From a candidate division WOR-3 bacterium (lineage in GTDB: Bacteria > Hydrothermota > Hydrothermia > JBDRYB01): a DNA stretch of 64,000 nt. Where the stretch lies: assembly GCA_039803205.1 (NCBI GenBank), contig JBDRYB010000001.1, positions 32,001 through 96,000 of the forward strand. Reading direction: 5' to 3'. Below the pieces are notes generated by a model that was given only the letters and a program-made list of their open reading frames with translations, was not told where the DNA came from and ran no database searches. Position 1 is the stretch's first letter. Each line of letters begins with the position of its first letter. A program made the position numbers and the translations under genes. This document shows positions 8,948 to 18,473 of the stretch, piece by piece.

Positions 8948-10021
8948 CTATTTGCCAAGCTGACCCCACGACGAGACCACCTTCATCCGGAACCTGAGGC
9001 TGTCAGCCTTCGCCTCCTGACCCCTCTCCTCGTAGAGGTAGGCGGCGCGGCCCAATTCCTCACCCGCCTCAGCGTAGCGCTCGGTCTCCAGGTAAAGGAA
9101 AGCAATGAGCTCGTGGAGCCGAGGGTCATTCCTCATTTTCATGGCCTGCCTGTAGTGTTCCTCGGCCATCCCGAACAGGGTCTCGTCCCCCTTTTCCCTG
9201 GCCATGCTCCAAAGGAGGGATGCATATTCCTCGTGTGTTGTGGGGTTATAAGGGTCCTGTTGAAGGGAAAGTATGTAGCAGTTTTCAGCCTCCTTGTAGT
9301 TCCCCATAGCCCATGAACACCTCGCCATCTCCCTGAGCCCAGAGGGATCAAGCCTGTATGCCTCAAATGCCTGATCAAAGGAAACAGGGGCGTTATCTCG
9401 CGAACAAGCAATGAGCGCGCTTATTGGTTCTGGTTCAACCACATAAGCTACCCCGCTCCTTCCTGTGGCTGTTATCATTCCGACCACAACCCTCTGAGGA
9501 CCGTATATGGGATCGCTGATGAGGGGCGAGCCGCTGTATCCGGGAACAGGCCCAGCTGAGATAACGAGGTTTCTCACCCCATCGCTCCAGGTCTCTTCCC
9601 TCAGAAAATCCAAACGCAGGGGCCTGAGGACAAATGAGCCCTGATTCCTGGCTCCCCAGGGATATGGAACGACCACCCCTGAGAGCCTGGCCTGATTACT
9701 GGTCCCAATGGCAAGAAGGTTTCTCGTCGTATCCTTGACCGAGAGCAGACATATGTCGTTTTTTGGGTCCATTCCGAGAAGGCCCACTACTGGTATGCTA
9801 TTTCCATCCCTTTTAAGGATGCGGATCTGCTTGATCCTGTCTTTTGGGCTCTGCGGGAACACTACATGACAACAAGTTGCTACCACGCCCCTGTCCACGA
9901 AAAACCCGGTTCCGCGGCAGCTCCCGGATGCGAATTCTGCCTCTACGCCGACAACAGCCATGGTATCCACGCTTTCTAAATACCAAGGCACGCTCCCCAC
10001 TAAGAGGACGGCGAGAAGCAT
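8948..10021 (-). CDS. Trypsin-like serine protease with C-terminal TPR repeats
   Basis: GTGFFV, TCCHVV, DICLL, PGYSGSP catalytic triad motifs; TPR helices in the C-terminal third. Start chosen 6 nt after TAGAAT. Confidence 0.8.
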   Translation of the reverse strand: MLLAVLLVGSVPWYLESVDTMAVVGVEAEFASGSCRGTGFFVDRGVVATCCHVVFPQSPKDRIKQIRILKRDGNSIPVVGLLGMDPKNDICLLSVKDTTRNLLAIGTSNQARLSGVVVPYPWGARNQGSFVLRPLRLDFLREETWSDGVRNLVISAGPVPGYSGSPLISDPIYGPQRVVVGMITATGRSGVAYVVEPEPISALIACSRDNAPVSFDQAFEAYRLDPSGLREMARCSWAMGNYKEAENCYILSLQQDPYNPTTHEEYASLLWSMAREKGDETLFGMAEEHYRQAMKMRNDPRLHELIAFLYLETERYAEAGEELGRAAYLYEERGQEAKADSLRFRMKVVSSWGQLGK

Positions 10022-10093
10022 GCTCATATTCTAAGGGAAACACTGTCCGCGATCAAGTTGGAATCCCCCTGGGTTCCGGGTTATAATCTCAGC

Positions 10094-10615
10094 ATGCCAC
10101 TTATCCTGCCGTTCGAGGGAAAGTCTCCGAGGATCCGGGATGCCATATTCATAGCAGAGACAGCGGTTATCACCGGGGATGTTGAGCTCGGACCCGGAAC
10201 ATCCGTGTGGTATGGAGCGATCCTGAGGGGCGACACGAACAGCATAAGGATAGGGGAAAACACGAACATCCAGGACCTCTGCGTGCTCCACGGGGATGCT
10301 GATTGGCCTGTTAAGGTAGGCAAGAGGGTGACGATAGGCCATGGCGCGATAGTCCACGGTTGCGAAATAGGGGATGACTGCCTTATCGGCATGGCCTCAG
10401 TGATAATGAACGGCTGTGTTGTCGGCCCTGAAAGCATAATAGCGGGCGGGACGGTTCTCACCCCAGGGAGCCAGATACCTCCGAGGAGCCTGGTTGCTGG
10501 GGTTCCCGGTAAAGTAAAACGAGAGCTCAGCCAGGAGGAGATTGACGGGCTCATCCGTCACTCCTGGGAGGTGTATGTGGAGCTGGCACACAGGAACAGG
10601 AAGGGGAGTATTTGA
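10094..10615 (+). CDS. Gamma carbonic anhydrase family protein
   Basis: SVWYGAILRGD, TNIQD, TIGHGAIVHGC hexapeptide repeats. Confidence 0.9.
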   Translation: MPLILPFEGKSPRIRDAIFIAETAVITGDVELGPGTSVWYGAILRGDTNSIRIGENTNIQDLCVLHGDADWPVKVGKRVTIGHGAIVHGCEIGDDCLIGMASVIMNGCVVGPESIIAGGTVLTPGSQIPPRSLVAGVPGKVKRELSQEEIDGLIRHSWEVYVELAHRNRKGSI

Positions 10616-11706
10616 GCGCTTTACTCGCTTTAGGGATCACAGCCGGGGGCGGAAGGATAACCCTCCCTCCTGTGATTGTCATGGTTCCATTATCAGGAGA
10701 GGTAGCCCCCTTAGGTGAGGAGTTCCTGAGGGGATGGAGAATGGCAGTGGGGGATGCCCTGAACTATGAGGTCGTTGACACATATGCATCCCCGGACTCC
10801 GTGCTCAAGATCCTCAACATTTTGGCTGGTAGCGATGGAGCATCGCTGATCGTGGGGCCGTTGCTCTCGGTGACATCCCTGCCGGCCGCTGATTTCGCCA
10901 TGCGCAACCGCATCCCCATACTCCTGCCCACGGCAACTGACCTCAGGTTGGGGACTTTCGGCAGTTATGTCTTTCCCTTCAATTACAATCTGTTCCTTGA
11001 AACCGCATACATAATGGAAGTGATGAGCGAACGCATGAGCAGGTCCGATTGGCTAATACTTTACACGGACATGGCCGAGGACAGGGCGATAACAGGATGG
11101 TTCATCTCCCAATCAACGGAGTTCGGCATAGGCATCATGGATACCCTCGTGTATTCGGAAACCGAGATGGTGTATGATGGGCTTTCAAAGGCAGTGGTTG
11201 GGAAGAATCCAAAGGTAGTCTTCGCCCCTAGGGGCTCAAGGGCCTCCGCCCTGTTATTTCTTTCCCTGAGGAAGCGCGGCCTAAAGTGCCCTGTTGTGGG
11301 CCTTGATGGATGGCTTTCTCCGGATGTGGCGGAGATAGTTTCTGGCGCTATGGGAGGGCTTTATGTGGTTGGGCCAGAAAGGGGGGATTTCATGGCCAGG
11401 GCCCTTGCCCAGGCGCACAGGGAGGACTTTGAGGAAAGATACAGGGCTGAGTCTGGTTCGCCTCCCTCAGAGGTTGCGGGGAGGGGCTACGATGCTGGCT
11501 GTATAGCAAAGGAGGTCTGCTTTGACAATCCGGACAGGGAAACCGTGAAAAGGAGGCTTTTGCTCATGGGAGTCTACAAGGGGGTCACGGGGGACATAAT
11601 GCTCTCAAAGGACCCCAGGCTCCTGGCTGTATATACCCTGAAAAAGGGTGGATTCAAAAAGGAAGAAAGCTATGGCAAAGAAGAAGAAAAAAAAGGAAAG
11701 CCTTGA
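10612..11706 (+). CDS. Periplasmic binding protein-like (LivJ/LpoA-type) protein
   Basis: VPLSGEVAPLGEEF..G, IVGPLLS, GYDAG, YKGVTGDI. Confidence 0.7.
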   Translation: MSALLALGITAGGGRITLPPVIVMVPLSGEVAPLGEEFLRGWRMAVGDALNYEVVDTYASPDSVLKILNILAGSDGASLIVGPLLSVTSLPAADFAMRNRIPILLPTATDLRLGTFGSYVFPFNYNLFLETAYIMEVMSERMSRSDWLILYTDMAEDRAITGWFISQSTEFGIGIMDTLVYSETEMVYDGLSKAVVGKNPKVVFAPRGSRASALLFLSLRKRGLKCPVVGLDGWLSPDVAEIVSGAMGGLYVVGPERGDFMARALAQAHREDFEERYRAESGSPPSEVAGRGYDAGCIAKEVCFDNPDRETVKRRLLLMGVYKGVTGDIMLSKDPRLLAVYTLKKGGFKKEESYGKEEEKKGKP

Positions 11707-12094
11707 GGAGAGGCTGAGAAGGGCCGCGGCCAAGGAGAAGACCGAGGAACCAAAGCTAAAGGTGCCATCCAAGGTCGCTGAGGAAAGGGCCGCGATGGGC
11801 GGCGTGAAGCTCAGACGGCCAACGAGGTTATCCCAGGAACCCGTCGTGAAGACCGAGACGCCCTTTGGGCCCCTGAATTGGTGGCTCCTCGCCGGAGGCG
11901 TGATCCTGGCCGCTGTCGGGTTCGTGTTCCTGTATCTCGGTGATACCATAATCTCAACGACCCTGCTGGTCATGGGCTACTGCGTTGTTATACCCGTAGC
12001 GCTCTTAATCAGTCCCAATATACTCAAGAGGAAGCCGAAGGAAGAAGGCGAGACCGCCCAAGGGCCTGAGACACAAGAGGGGGACAAGGGCTAG
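11672..12094 (+). CDS. Small membrane protein (DUF3098-like)
   Basis: Lys-rich N-terminus, PFGPLNWWLLAGG, two TM helices, GYCVVIPVAL. Confidence 0.6.
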   Translation: MAKKKKKKESLEERLRRAAAKEKTEEPKLKVPSKVAEERAAMGGVKLRRPTRLSQEPVVKTETPFGPLNWWLLAGGVILAAVGFVFLYLGDTIISTTLLVMGYCVVIPVALLISPNILKRKPKEEGETAQGPETQEGDKG

Positions 12095-12193
12095 CGCGAA
12101 CCGGACGAGGCTGTTTGGGGTTTCTGGGTATTAACTATGGCCTAATCAACTGATGGCCTGGCTCTTGAAAGAGTGGCCGCGGGACTCGTAAAG

Positions 12194-13003
12194 TCATTTC
12201 CTTATAAGCTTATTCAACAATTCTTCGCCTCTGGTAGTTCCAACCTCACGAAATACATCCAAAACAGCTTCGTAAGAACCTTCACCACCAATAAAATCCC
12301 AGAATTCTTTGCCAATTAATATCTCATTATTCAGATCAAATAAAGAGAGGGTAAATCCCCACTTATAATTCACCTTTTCTTCGCCCCAGGGATTATAGGG
12401 GAAGCAAAATTTATAAACTCCATTCGGACCAATACCTGCTATAAAATAAAGGAACTTTTCTTTAGTTTGTGAACAAACATCCTTATTTGGCTCCGGACTT
12501 TTTATCTCAAAAAAGTATTTTTTATCATTTTTATCCTCCAAATAAAGATCAGCTCTCAACAGAATCTCTTGACCTTCACTAGAAGAAGGCTCCAACCGAG
12601 GCAAGGGGGGTGGCGGATAGGGTCTCTCCTTCTTCCTTTTTACATTTTCTATAAAGGTAGCAATTGATTCCTTTATCCTATTATTTGTAGGAATTGCAAG
12701 GGTATAGTTTCGTTCCACCTTAACCCAAAAAGTATTATCGCTAGCTATAAGTTGTGCAATGTACTCAAATACCCCTTGCCCCAATGAAGTGTCAAACGAT
12801 CTGAAAAAGCTATGAAGTCTAAGAAAGTGGGGAGGAAGCAAAGCGGTGTGGAATGGCTTATATTTTCCTTTTTTAGGATCTAACCATACCTGTTTTATAA
12901 CAGCATTTTTCACAACATCCGGATCATACTTATTGACCAGACCTTGCAAAAATCCTTCTAGATATCCGATTATATTCTTTCGCGTAGTATCTTTTAGTTT
13001 CAT
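12194..13003 (-). CDS. TdeIII/MjaII-family type II restriction endonuclease
   Basis: KPFHTALL, SFFRSFDTSLGQ, ADLYL...FEIKSPEPN, PYNPWG, LIGKEFWDFIGG; visibly AT-rich. Confidence 0.85.
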   Translation of the reverse strand: MKLKDTTRKNIIGYLEGFLQGLVNKYDPDVVKNAVIKQVWLDPKKGKYKPFHTALLPPHFLRLHSFFRSFDTSLGQGVFEYIAQLIASDNTFWVKVERNYTLAIPTNNRIKESIATFIENVKRKKERPYPPPPLPRLEPSSSEGQEILLRADLYLEDKNDKKYFFEIKSPEPNKDVCSQTKEKFLYFIAGIGPNGVYKFCFPYNPWGEEKVNYKWGFTLSLFDLNNEILIGKEFWDFIGGEGSYEAVLDVFREVGTTRGEELLNKLIRK

Positions 13004-14370
13004 TCTTTGTATCCTTTCTGTAGAAATAAAACATATTCATATCTAAGTTTCGCAAACCCCCCCAGAATTGGCCTTCTCATAGCATAGACATCAGAAAAGC
13101 CTATTTCTGGAGCCCAGCTCTCTATCTTTTGACAAAAGTCGGTTCTTTTCCCGTCCACCACTACATCTCCCAATACTATGGCGGCCCATGCTCCTGGTTT
13201 CAGAACCCGGTGCATCTCTTCAACGCTTTTTCTAATGTCCTCCTCGTAGAACAATAATTTTTTATCTTTACCCCCCCTTAGACCCACCATTTGCTCTCTT
13301 AGCGGCGAGGTATCTATGCCCAAATAAGTAAGCAAGTGAAAGTCATTCTTCACATAGTCCAGGGCAATACTGTAAGGTGGGGAGGTTATTATTCCCGTTA
13401 TGCTGTTGTCAGTGACCGGAAGGGCCATGGCCGAAGCAAGCTTTATCTCCGGTGCTTTAGGTTCCAGATTTAATTTCTTTAGAGTGAAATAGGTTCCCTT
13501 TATTGTCTGAAGGTATTCCGAAAGATTGATCAGGAAGAACTTTTCAAAAGACTTTTCTTTGGCTGTGCCCTTTAGATAAGTATAATCGGACAGGGCATGT
13601 AGATATGCTAACAGCAGGAAATTCCTTATCTCAAAAGGTAGTTCTTTGATTTGAGAAGAGGGAAAACGAAATTCCCAGACATAATCAAGAATTTCTTTGG
13701 CATCAACCGGTTCGCTTTCGGGTAAGAATTTCTTGGTTTCAAGCTTTGCCGTCTTAAAGTATTCAAATATTCGTAACGGGGAACCTATCTGGTTTATCGC
13801 GCTGTTCAGCTCATCATAGTTAATTCTCAGAGAATCTGTTTTTATTTGGGACACAATGCAAAGCGCAGGATTAATGTCTATCCCCAGTCCACCGGTTCTG
13901 AGGAGCGCTGTTTCCACAAGGGTGGTTCCTGATCCCAAAAACGGATCAAGGATGATATCCTCCTCGCCGGCGCCCATGAAGTTTATTATAGCCTTGATCA
14001 TCTGGCCGTGAAACTTGCCCTTGTAAGGGTAGAACCAGTGGGTCATGTATTGATTGCTATTTCCTATCTGACCCTTACCCCTTACTTTGGCTATTGAGGA
14101 GTGATAGCTGGGTTTCCCATCTACTATTTCAAAGTATGCTGACCTTTTCCGGAAGAGATCAAGGTCCTTCCCTAAGGTGGAGAACTCCATCCTTGCCAAT
14201 TGAAGCTCATAAATCTGGCCAGCATCATCAAAGAGTTTGAAGCCGTTTCCGGGAAGGATGCCGCCAGTAGCCCAGGAAACAGGATCTATGGATTCTCCAA
14301 GAACACTCCGTAGAGAGACGGCATTCTCTTCTGTTTTTACTGGAAACAAGGCCTTTGCCTTCACCTTCAT
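13000..14370 (-). CDS. Amino-DNA methyltransferase (alpha class, probably N4-cytosine)
   Basis: THWFYPYKGKFH, LDPFLGSGTT, then ITSPPY; GGAGG before ATG 14370. Confidence 0.85.
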   Translation of the reverse strand: MKVKAKALFPVKTEENAVSLRSVLGESIDPVSWATGGILPGNGFKLFDDAGQIYELQLARMEFSTLGKDLDLFRKRSAYFEIVDGKPSYHSSIAKVRGKGQIGNSNQYMTHWFYPYKGKFHGQMIKAIINFMGAGEEDIILDPFLGSGTTLVETALLRTGGLGIDINPALCIVSQIKTDSLRINYDELNSAINQIGSPLRIFEYFKTAKLETKKFLPESEPVDAKEILDYVWEFRFPSSQIKELPFEIRNFLLLAYLHALSDYTYLKGTAKEKSFEKFFLINLSEYLQTIKGTYFTLKKLNLEPKAPEIKLASAMALPVTDNSITGIITSPPYSIALDYVKNDFHLLTYLGIDTSPLREQMVGLRGGKDKKLLFYEEDIRKSVEEMHRVLKPGAWAAIVLGDVVVDGKRTDFCQKIESWAPEIGFSDVYAMRRPILGGFAKLRYEYVLFLQKGYKE

Positions 14371-14386
14371 ATTATACACCTCCCCT

Positions 14387-14638
14387 TCATTCCCTCTCCT
14401 CCATCTCATACCAGAACCTCTCTATTACCGGATTGGTGAGGAGTCTGCGGGACACATCCTCTATCTGAGCGCGCGCTGAGGCCTCGTCCGGAGCCTCAAG
14501 CGAAAACCGAACTATCTTTCCAACGCGCCCCTCTGAGACCGAAAGCCCAAGCCGCCTCATCGCGGCCTCAACAGCCATGCCCTGTGGATCTCTGAGATCG
14601 TCGTGGGGCAGAATGAAGACATGAACCAGGTATCTCAT
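14387..14638 (-). CDS. purS: Phosphoribosylformylglycinamidine synthase subunit PurS
   Basis: DPQG.AV, RVGK, LLTNPVIE. Confidence 0.9.
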   Translation of the reverse strand: MRYLVHVFILPHDDLRDPQGMAVEAAMRRLGLSVSEGRVGKIVRFSLEAPDEASARAQIEDVSRRLLTNPVIERFWYEMEERE

Positions 14639-15327
14639 TCCAATCTCCTAGCGACCTCTCTGTAGGTCTCAAGCACATCCCCCTTGTCCTCCCTGAAGAC
14701 ATCCTTGTCCAGGCTCTCACCATCAGGCGTCCATAAGCGCATGGTATCAGGGCTTATCTCATCAGCAAGATAAAGCTTTCCATCATCGCCCACACCGAAC
14801 TCAAACTTCATGTCCACGAGCTCAAGCCCTTTCTGAGCGAAAAGCCCCTTGAGGGCTATCCCTGCATCCAAGGCAATCTTCTGCATCTCCTGCACTTGCT
14901 CCTCGTCAGCGATGCCGAGAGCGAGAACGGTCATTGGGCATATCAGTGGGTCATGGAGGGAATCGTCCTTCAGGGTAAATTCCACGAGGGGGATCTCCAA
15001 GCGTCTCCCCCTTTCAATCCCATAACGCTTGCAGAGGGAGCCAGCGGCCCTGAAGCGAACCAGAACCTCAAGGGGTATTATCCTCACTCGGCGTGCCAGG
15101 AAGCTGGTGGCTGATAGTTGACCGAGGAAATGCGTCCTTATGCCCTTGCTCTCCAAGAACTGGAAGAGTTTGACGGATATTCCGCAATTCAAGGCTCCCT
15201 TTCCCTCAACGGTTGCCCTTTTCAGGGCGTCAAAAGCGGTTAAAGAATCCTTGAAATGGATTATAACCCTGCCTGGCTCATCAGCCTCGTATACCTGTTT
15301 TGCTTTGCCCTCGTGGAGGAGCTTCAT
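14635..15327 (-). CDS. purC: SAICAR synthase
   Basis: HEGKAKQVY, IIPLEVLVR..AAGS, KDDSLHDP, LVDMKFEFG, LADEISPD. Confidence 0.95.
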   Translation of the reverse strand: MKLLHEGKAKQVYEADEPGRVIIHFKDSLTAFDALKRATVEGKGALNCGISVKLFQFLESKGIRTHFLGQLSATSFLARRVRIIPLEVLVRFRAAGSLCKRYGIERGRRLEIPLVEFTLKDDSLHDPLICPMTVLALGIADEEQVQEMQKIALDAGIALKGLFAQKGLELVDMKFEFGVGDDGKLYLADEISPDTMRLWTPDGESLDKDVFREDKGDVLETYREVARRLE

Positions 15328-15340
15328 GCTGAGATTATAA

Positions 15341-15372
15341 CGGTTGCCGGTTGCCGGTTGCCAGTTGCCGGT
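15341..15372. repeat. Tandem heptamer repeat (CGGTTGC)x4.5 in the purC promoter region
   Basis: cggttgc cggttgc cggttgc cagttgc cggt. Confidence 0.85.
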
Positions 15373-15483
15373 CAACTTGAAACAAGTAGGTATTGGCCGG
15401 CTCTTTAACTCAATCGGAGGTAAGGTTTTGGCGCGAAGGCGCGCGATTGATCCTTCTTTGACCCTTGCCTTATAATTTACGCA

Positions 15484-15819
15484 ATGCGTAAAAAAATCAG
15501 GCTCATCCACAGGTATTCAAACAGGAAGATGTATGACACGGCAGGGAAAGCCTTCATAACCCTGGGACAGGTCCTGAGGATGATCGCCCAGGGCATAAGG
15601 GTCAAGGTCATAGACAAGGTCTCGGGGATTGATGTGACCAACCTAATAAGGATAAGGGCAATAGCCAATGAGGCAGAGCGTATCGCCAGAAGGATGTCAT
15701 CGGCGGCCTCCAGGGACGCGATAAAGCTCCAGGAATTAGCCGTGGAGCTCGGAAACCTCATGAGAGAGATGGCGAGGCTCAGTAGAATAGTGAAAAAGGA
15801 GGCGCAGAATGGAAGTTAA
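15484..15819 (+). CDS. PhaR-type (PHB accumulation regulator N-terminal) DNA-binding domain protein
   Basis: RLIHRYSNRKMYDT...ITL.....I..G..VKVID..SG.DVT. Confidence 0.75.
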   Translation: MRKKIRLIHRYSNRKMYDTAGKAFITLGQVLRMIAQGIRVKVIDKVSGIDVTNLIRIRAIANEAERIARRMSSAASRDAIKLQELAVELGNLMREMARLSRIVKKEAQNGS

Positions 15820-17287
15820 GGCACTATCCCCCAACATATCAAAGCTTCTCAAAGGCGCCAGCGGCCGAGAGATAATAACTAGGCTTTCGGCCCCTGCCTT
15901 CAAAAACAGGGCCGTGAGGAAGGGGCTTCTGCTATACATTAAGTCCCAGATAAACCGAGGGAACTACTCCGCGATCGTTGCGGGGAATAGGCCGCCCGGA
16001 GTCAAAAGGGATGTAGCGTGGGCCGCGTGGGCCTTGTTGAGATCACTAGATAGGGCCATAGAGGACAAAAGGCTCTCTCACAGGTTCGCGGGGAGGCTGG
16101 TTGAGGTTTTTCTGAACAACATGGTGGCAAGCTGGGCCGATAGGGGAGAAATAAGCGGGTTTTTCAAAAACAAGGGGGAGAAAGGCCCGCCCGGTTTCCT
16201 GGTCATCAGCCCCGCTAAGGCGTGCAACCTCAGGTGTCCGGATTGCTACGCGGCCTCAGGCGCAAACCCTGAGAAGCTCAGCGCGCGCGAGTTCCGGAGG
16301 ATAATCACGGAGGCAAAGGAGCTCTGGGGGGTCCGTTTCTTCGTGATCTCCGGCGGAGAACCTTTTCTATGGAGGGACGGGGATACCCGGTTCCTTGATG
16401 TGGTTGAGGAAAACCCCGATTGCTTTTTCATGGTTTATACGAACGGAACCCTGATAGAGGATGAGGTCGCTGACAGGCTCTCAGAGCTCGCTAATCTTAC
16501 CCCGGCAATATCCCTGGAGGGCTTTGAGGAGGAGACGGACAGCAGAAGGGGAAAGGGCACATACGAGAAGGTCCTCGGCGCAATGGCAAGGCTCAGAAAG
16601 AGGGGTATACCCTTCGGAATATCCCTCACTGCTACCAAGAGAAATTACAGGCTTCTGCTTTCTGATGGGTTCCTCAGCGAGTTCTTTGAGCGTCAGGGCG
16701 CGACATACGGTTGGATATTCCAGTATATGCCCATAGGCAGGGATCTGGATCTCTCGCTGATGCCAAGCCCGGAAGAAAGGCTATGGATGTGGAGGCGCGG
16801 GTGGGATGTGATAAGGAAGAAGGGTTATTTCCTGATGGACTTCTGGAACCAGGGAACGGTCTCAGCCGGGTGCATATCTGGCGGAAGGCACACGGGATAC
16901 CTTTACATAGACTGGAACGCTAATGTGTATCCGTGCGTCTTTGTTCCCTATGCCGGCGCGAACCTCAGGGAGATATACGCCAGGGGAGGGACGATAACCG
17001 AGGCTTACGATTCGCCGCTTTTCAGGGCAATAAGGCGATGGCACGACGCTTACGGGTATGGTAAAACAGAGCCCAATAAGCACAAGAACTGGCTCGCGCC
17101 GTGCCTCATAAGGGATCACTTCCGCGTGCTCAAGAGGCTTGTGGAAAGACACGGGGCAAGGCCGGCGGATACGGTGGCCGCTGAGCTCATAAAAAACCCC
17201 GAACACGGGGCATTCATGGAGGAATACGATAGGGTTTTCTCTGAGCTCACTCAACCGATATGGAAAAAGGAATATCTAGGGCCGTAG
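15809..17287 (+). CDS. Radical SAM protein with C-terminal SPASM/twitch-like region
   Basis: CNLRCPDCY, ISGGEPF, YTNGTLI, GCISGG...YIDWNANVYPCVF, PCLIRDH. Confidence 0.85.
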   Translation: MEVKALSPNISKLLKGASGREIITRLSAPAFKNRAVRKGLLLYIKSQINRGNYSAIVAGNRPPGVKRDVAWAAWALLRSLDRAIEDKRLSHRFAGRLVEVFLNNMVASWADRGEISGFFKNKGEKGPPGFLVISPAKACNLRCPDCYAASGANPEKLSAREFRRIITEAKELWGVRFFVISGGEPFLWRDGDTRFLDVVEENPDCFFMVYTNGTLIEDEVADRLSELANLTPAISLEGFEEETDSRRGKGTYEKVLGAMARLRKRGIPFGISLTATKRNYRLLLSDGFLSEFFERQGATYGWIFQYMPIGRDLDLSLMPSPEERLWMWRRGWDVIRKKGYFLMDFWNQGTVSAGCISGGRHTGYLYIDWNANVYPCVFVPYAGANLREIYARGGTITEAYDSPLFRAIRRWHDAYGYGKTEPNKHKNWLAPCLIRDHFRVLKRLVERHGARPADTVAAELIKNPEHGAFMEEYDRVFSELTQPIWKKEYLGP

Positions 17288-17931
17288 GCCTCGGGGTCTT
17301 CGCAGTAGCAATGGCATACCTTGAGTCCGCCGTAGTTATTTATCTGAGAAGGCTTTATTACCCTGAGGGCTTCTCCTTCCCAATGAAGCTGGCAGATCCG
17401 TTTGTTGCCGCGGTTGAGGTGGGTCGCGAGCTGGCTACCATAATCATGCTCGGGGCCCTTGGTTTTCTCTCAGAAAGAACTCACGCGAGGCGTTTTCTGG
17501 CGTTTCTCTTTGTTTTCGGAATATGGGATATGTTCTATTACCTATGGCTCAAGGTCTTTCTCGGTTGGCCATCTGGTTGGCTTGACTGGGATGTCCTCTT
17601 TCTCTTTCCGGTTCCATGGTTCGCTCCCTGGATAACACCGACCCTCGTTGCTCTCGTCCTCTCATTTGTATCTGGAACCCTGCTGTTGATGGCTCGGAAC
17701 GGCCGGGAAATAAGGATCGGCCTCCCTGAAATCGCCCTTGGGGTCCTCGGGTCCCTCGCATGCCTGTTCTCCTTCACATTTGACGGGTTCAGGCTCGCTC
17801 TCCGCGGCGTTGATGCGATCAGGGCCTTCGTGCCGGTCAGGTTCCTGTGGGAGGCCTATTTGCCGGGGCTCACGCTCATCACGGTAGCTGGTGGGATTGT
17901 CGTTGAGCGAAACCGGGGCTCTGGTGTATAA
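17260..17931 (+). CDS. Integral membrane hypothetical protein
   Basis: About 6 hydrophobic helices; AMAYLESAVVIYLR, WDMFYY, DVLFLFPVPW. Confidence 0.7.
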   Translation: MEKGISRAVGLGVFAVAMAYLESAVVIYLRRLYYPEGFSFPMKLADPFVAAVEVGRELATIIMLGALGFLSERTHARRFLAFLFVFGIWDMFYYLWLKVFLGWPSGWLDWDVLFLFPVPWFAPWITPTLVALVLSFVSGTLLLMARNGREIRIGLPEIALGVLGSLACLFSFTFDGFRLALRGVDAIRAFVPVRFLWEAYLPGLTLITVAGGIVVERNRGSGV

Positions 17932-17939
17932 TATGAGGT

Positions 17940-18473
17940 ATGGCCAAAATAAGACAAAATGTGCTTTCCGGAATAGGCAAGCTCTTTCTGAGAGCCGCGA
18001 AACGAGGCCTCATGCCAAAGAGGATCGCTTATACACTCGTCGGTCTCGCCACATCCCTTACAGGCGCGTCAAAAGGCCCCTGCGCTGTGATGTGCTATGA
18101 GGTTCCACCAACAGAACCGTGGATCTCTAGGGTTCTGATCACCAAGAATCCGCTGAGGGGCAAATTCAGGCTAACAGCCACCATAAAAAGCAACGAGAGG
18201 CCTGTGGGCGGTGCTGATGTCAATTTTTGGGTATGGAAGGATGGCCAGGCAGAGGTGTTTCGCGTTGTCCCCATGAACCCGGCTGATGGGGCGTTTGATT
18301 CTCTAACGGAGGAGGCATATGCCGATCTGGCCCTATGGGGATGGCCCCAAGGAACGAAGATGAACATTTCCGCTTACGACAAGGATGGGAATCACGGCAC
18401 CCCACTCAGGATTGGCGTTGAGGTGATGTTCGGGATCCTTTCATTTGAATGCGAGGAGATAGTGGGCTATTGA
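17940..18473 (+). CDS. Putative exported protein with CAVMCY motif and Ig-like domain
   Basis: Basic N-terminus, hydrophobic stretch, GPCAVMCYEVPP, then a beta-rich domain with PMNPADGAFDS..E. Confidence 0.6.
   Translation: MAKIRQNVLSGIGKLFLRAAKRGLMPKRIAYTLVGLATSLTGASKGPCAVMCYEVPPTEPWISRVLITKNPLRGKFRLTATIKSNERPVGGADVNFWVWKDGQAEVFRVVPMNPADGAFDSLTEEAYADLALWGWPQGTKMNISAYDKDGNHGTPLRIGVEVMFGILSFECEEIVGY

Noticed and set aside
15328..15510. 61-aa N-terminal extension of purC
   Set aside because: It crosses the heptamer repeat and divergent promoters; PurC homology begins at ATG 15327.
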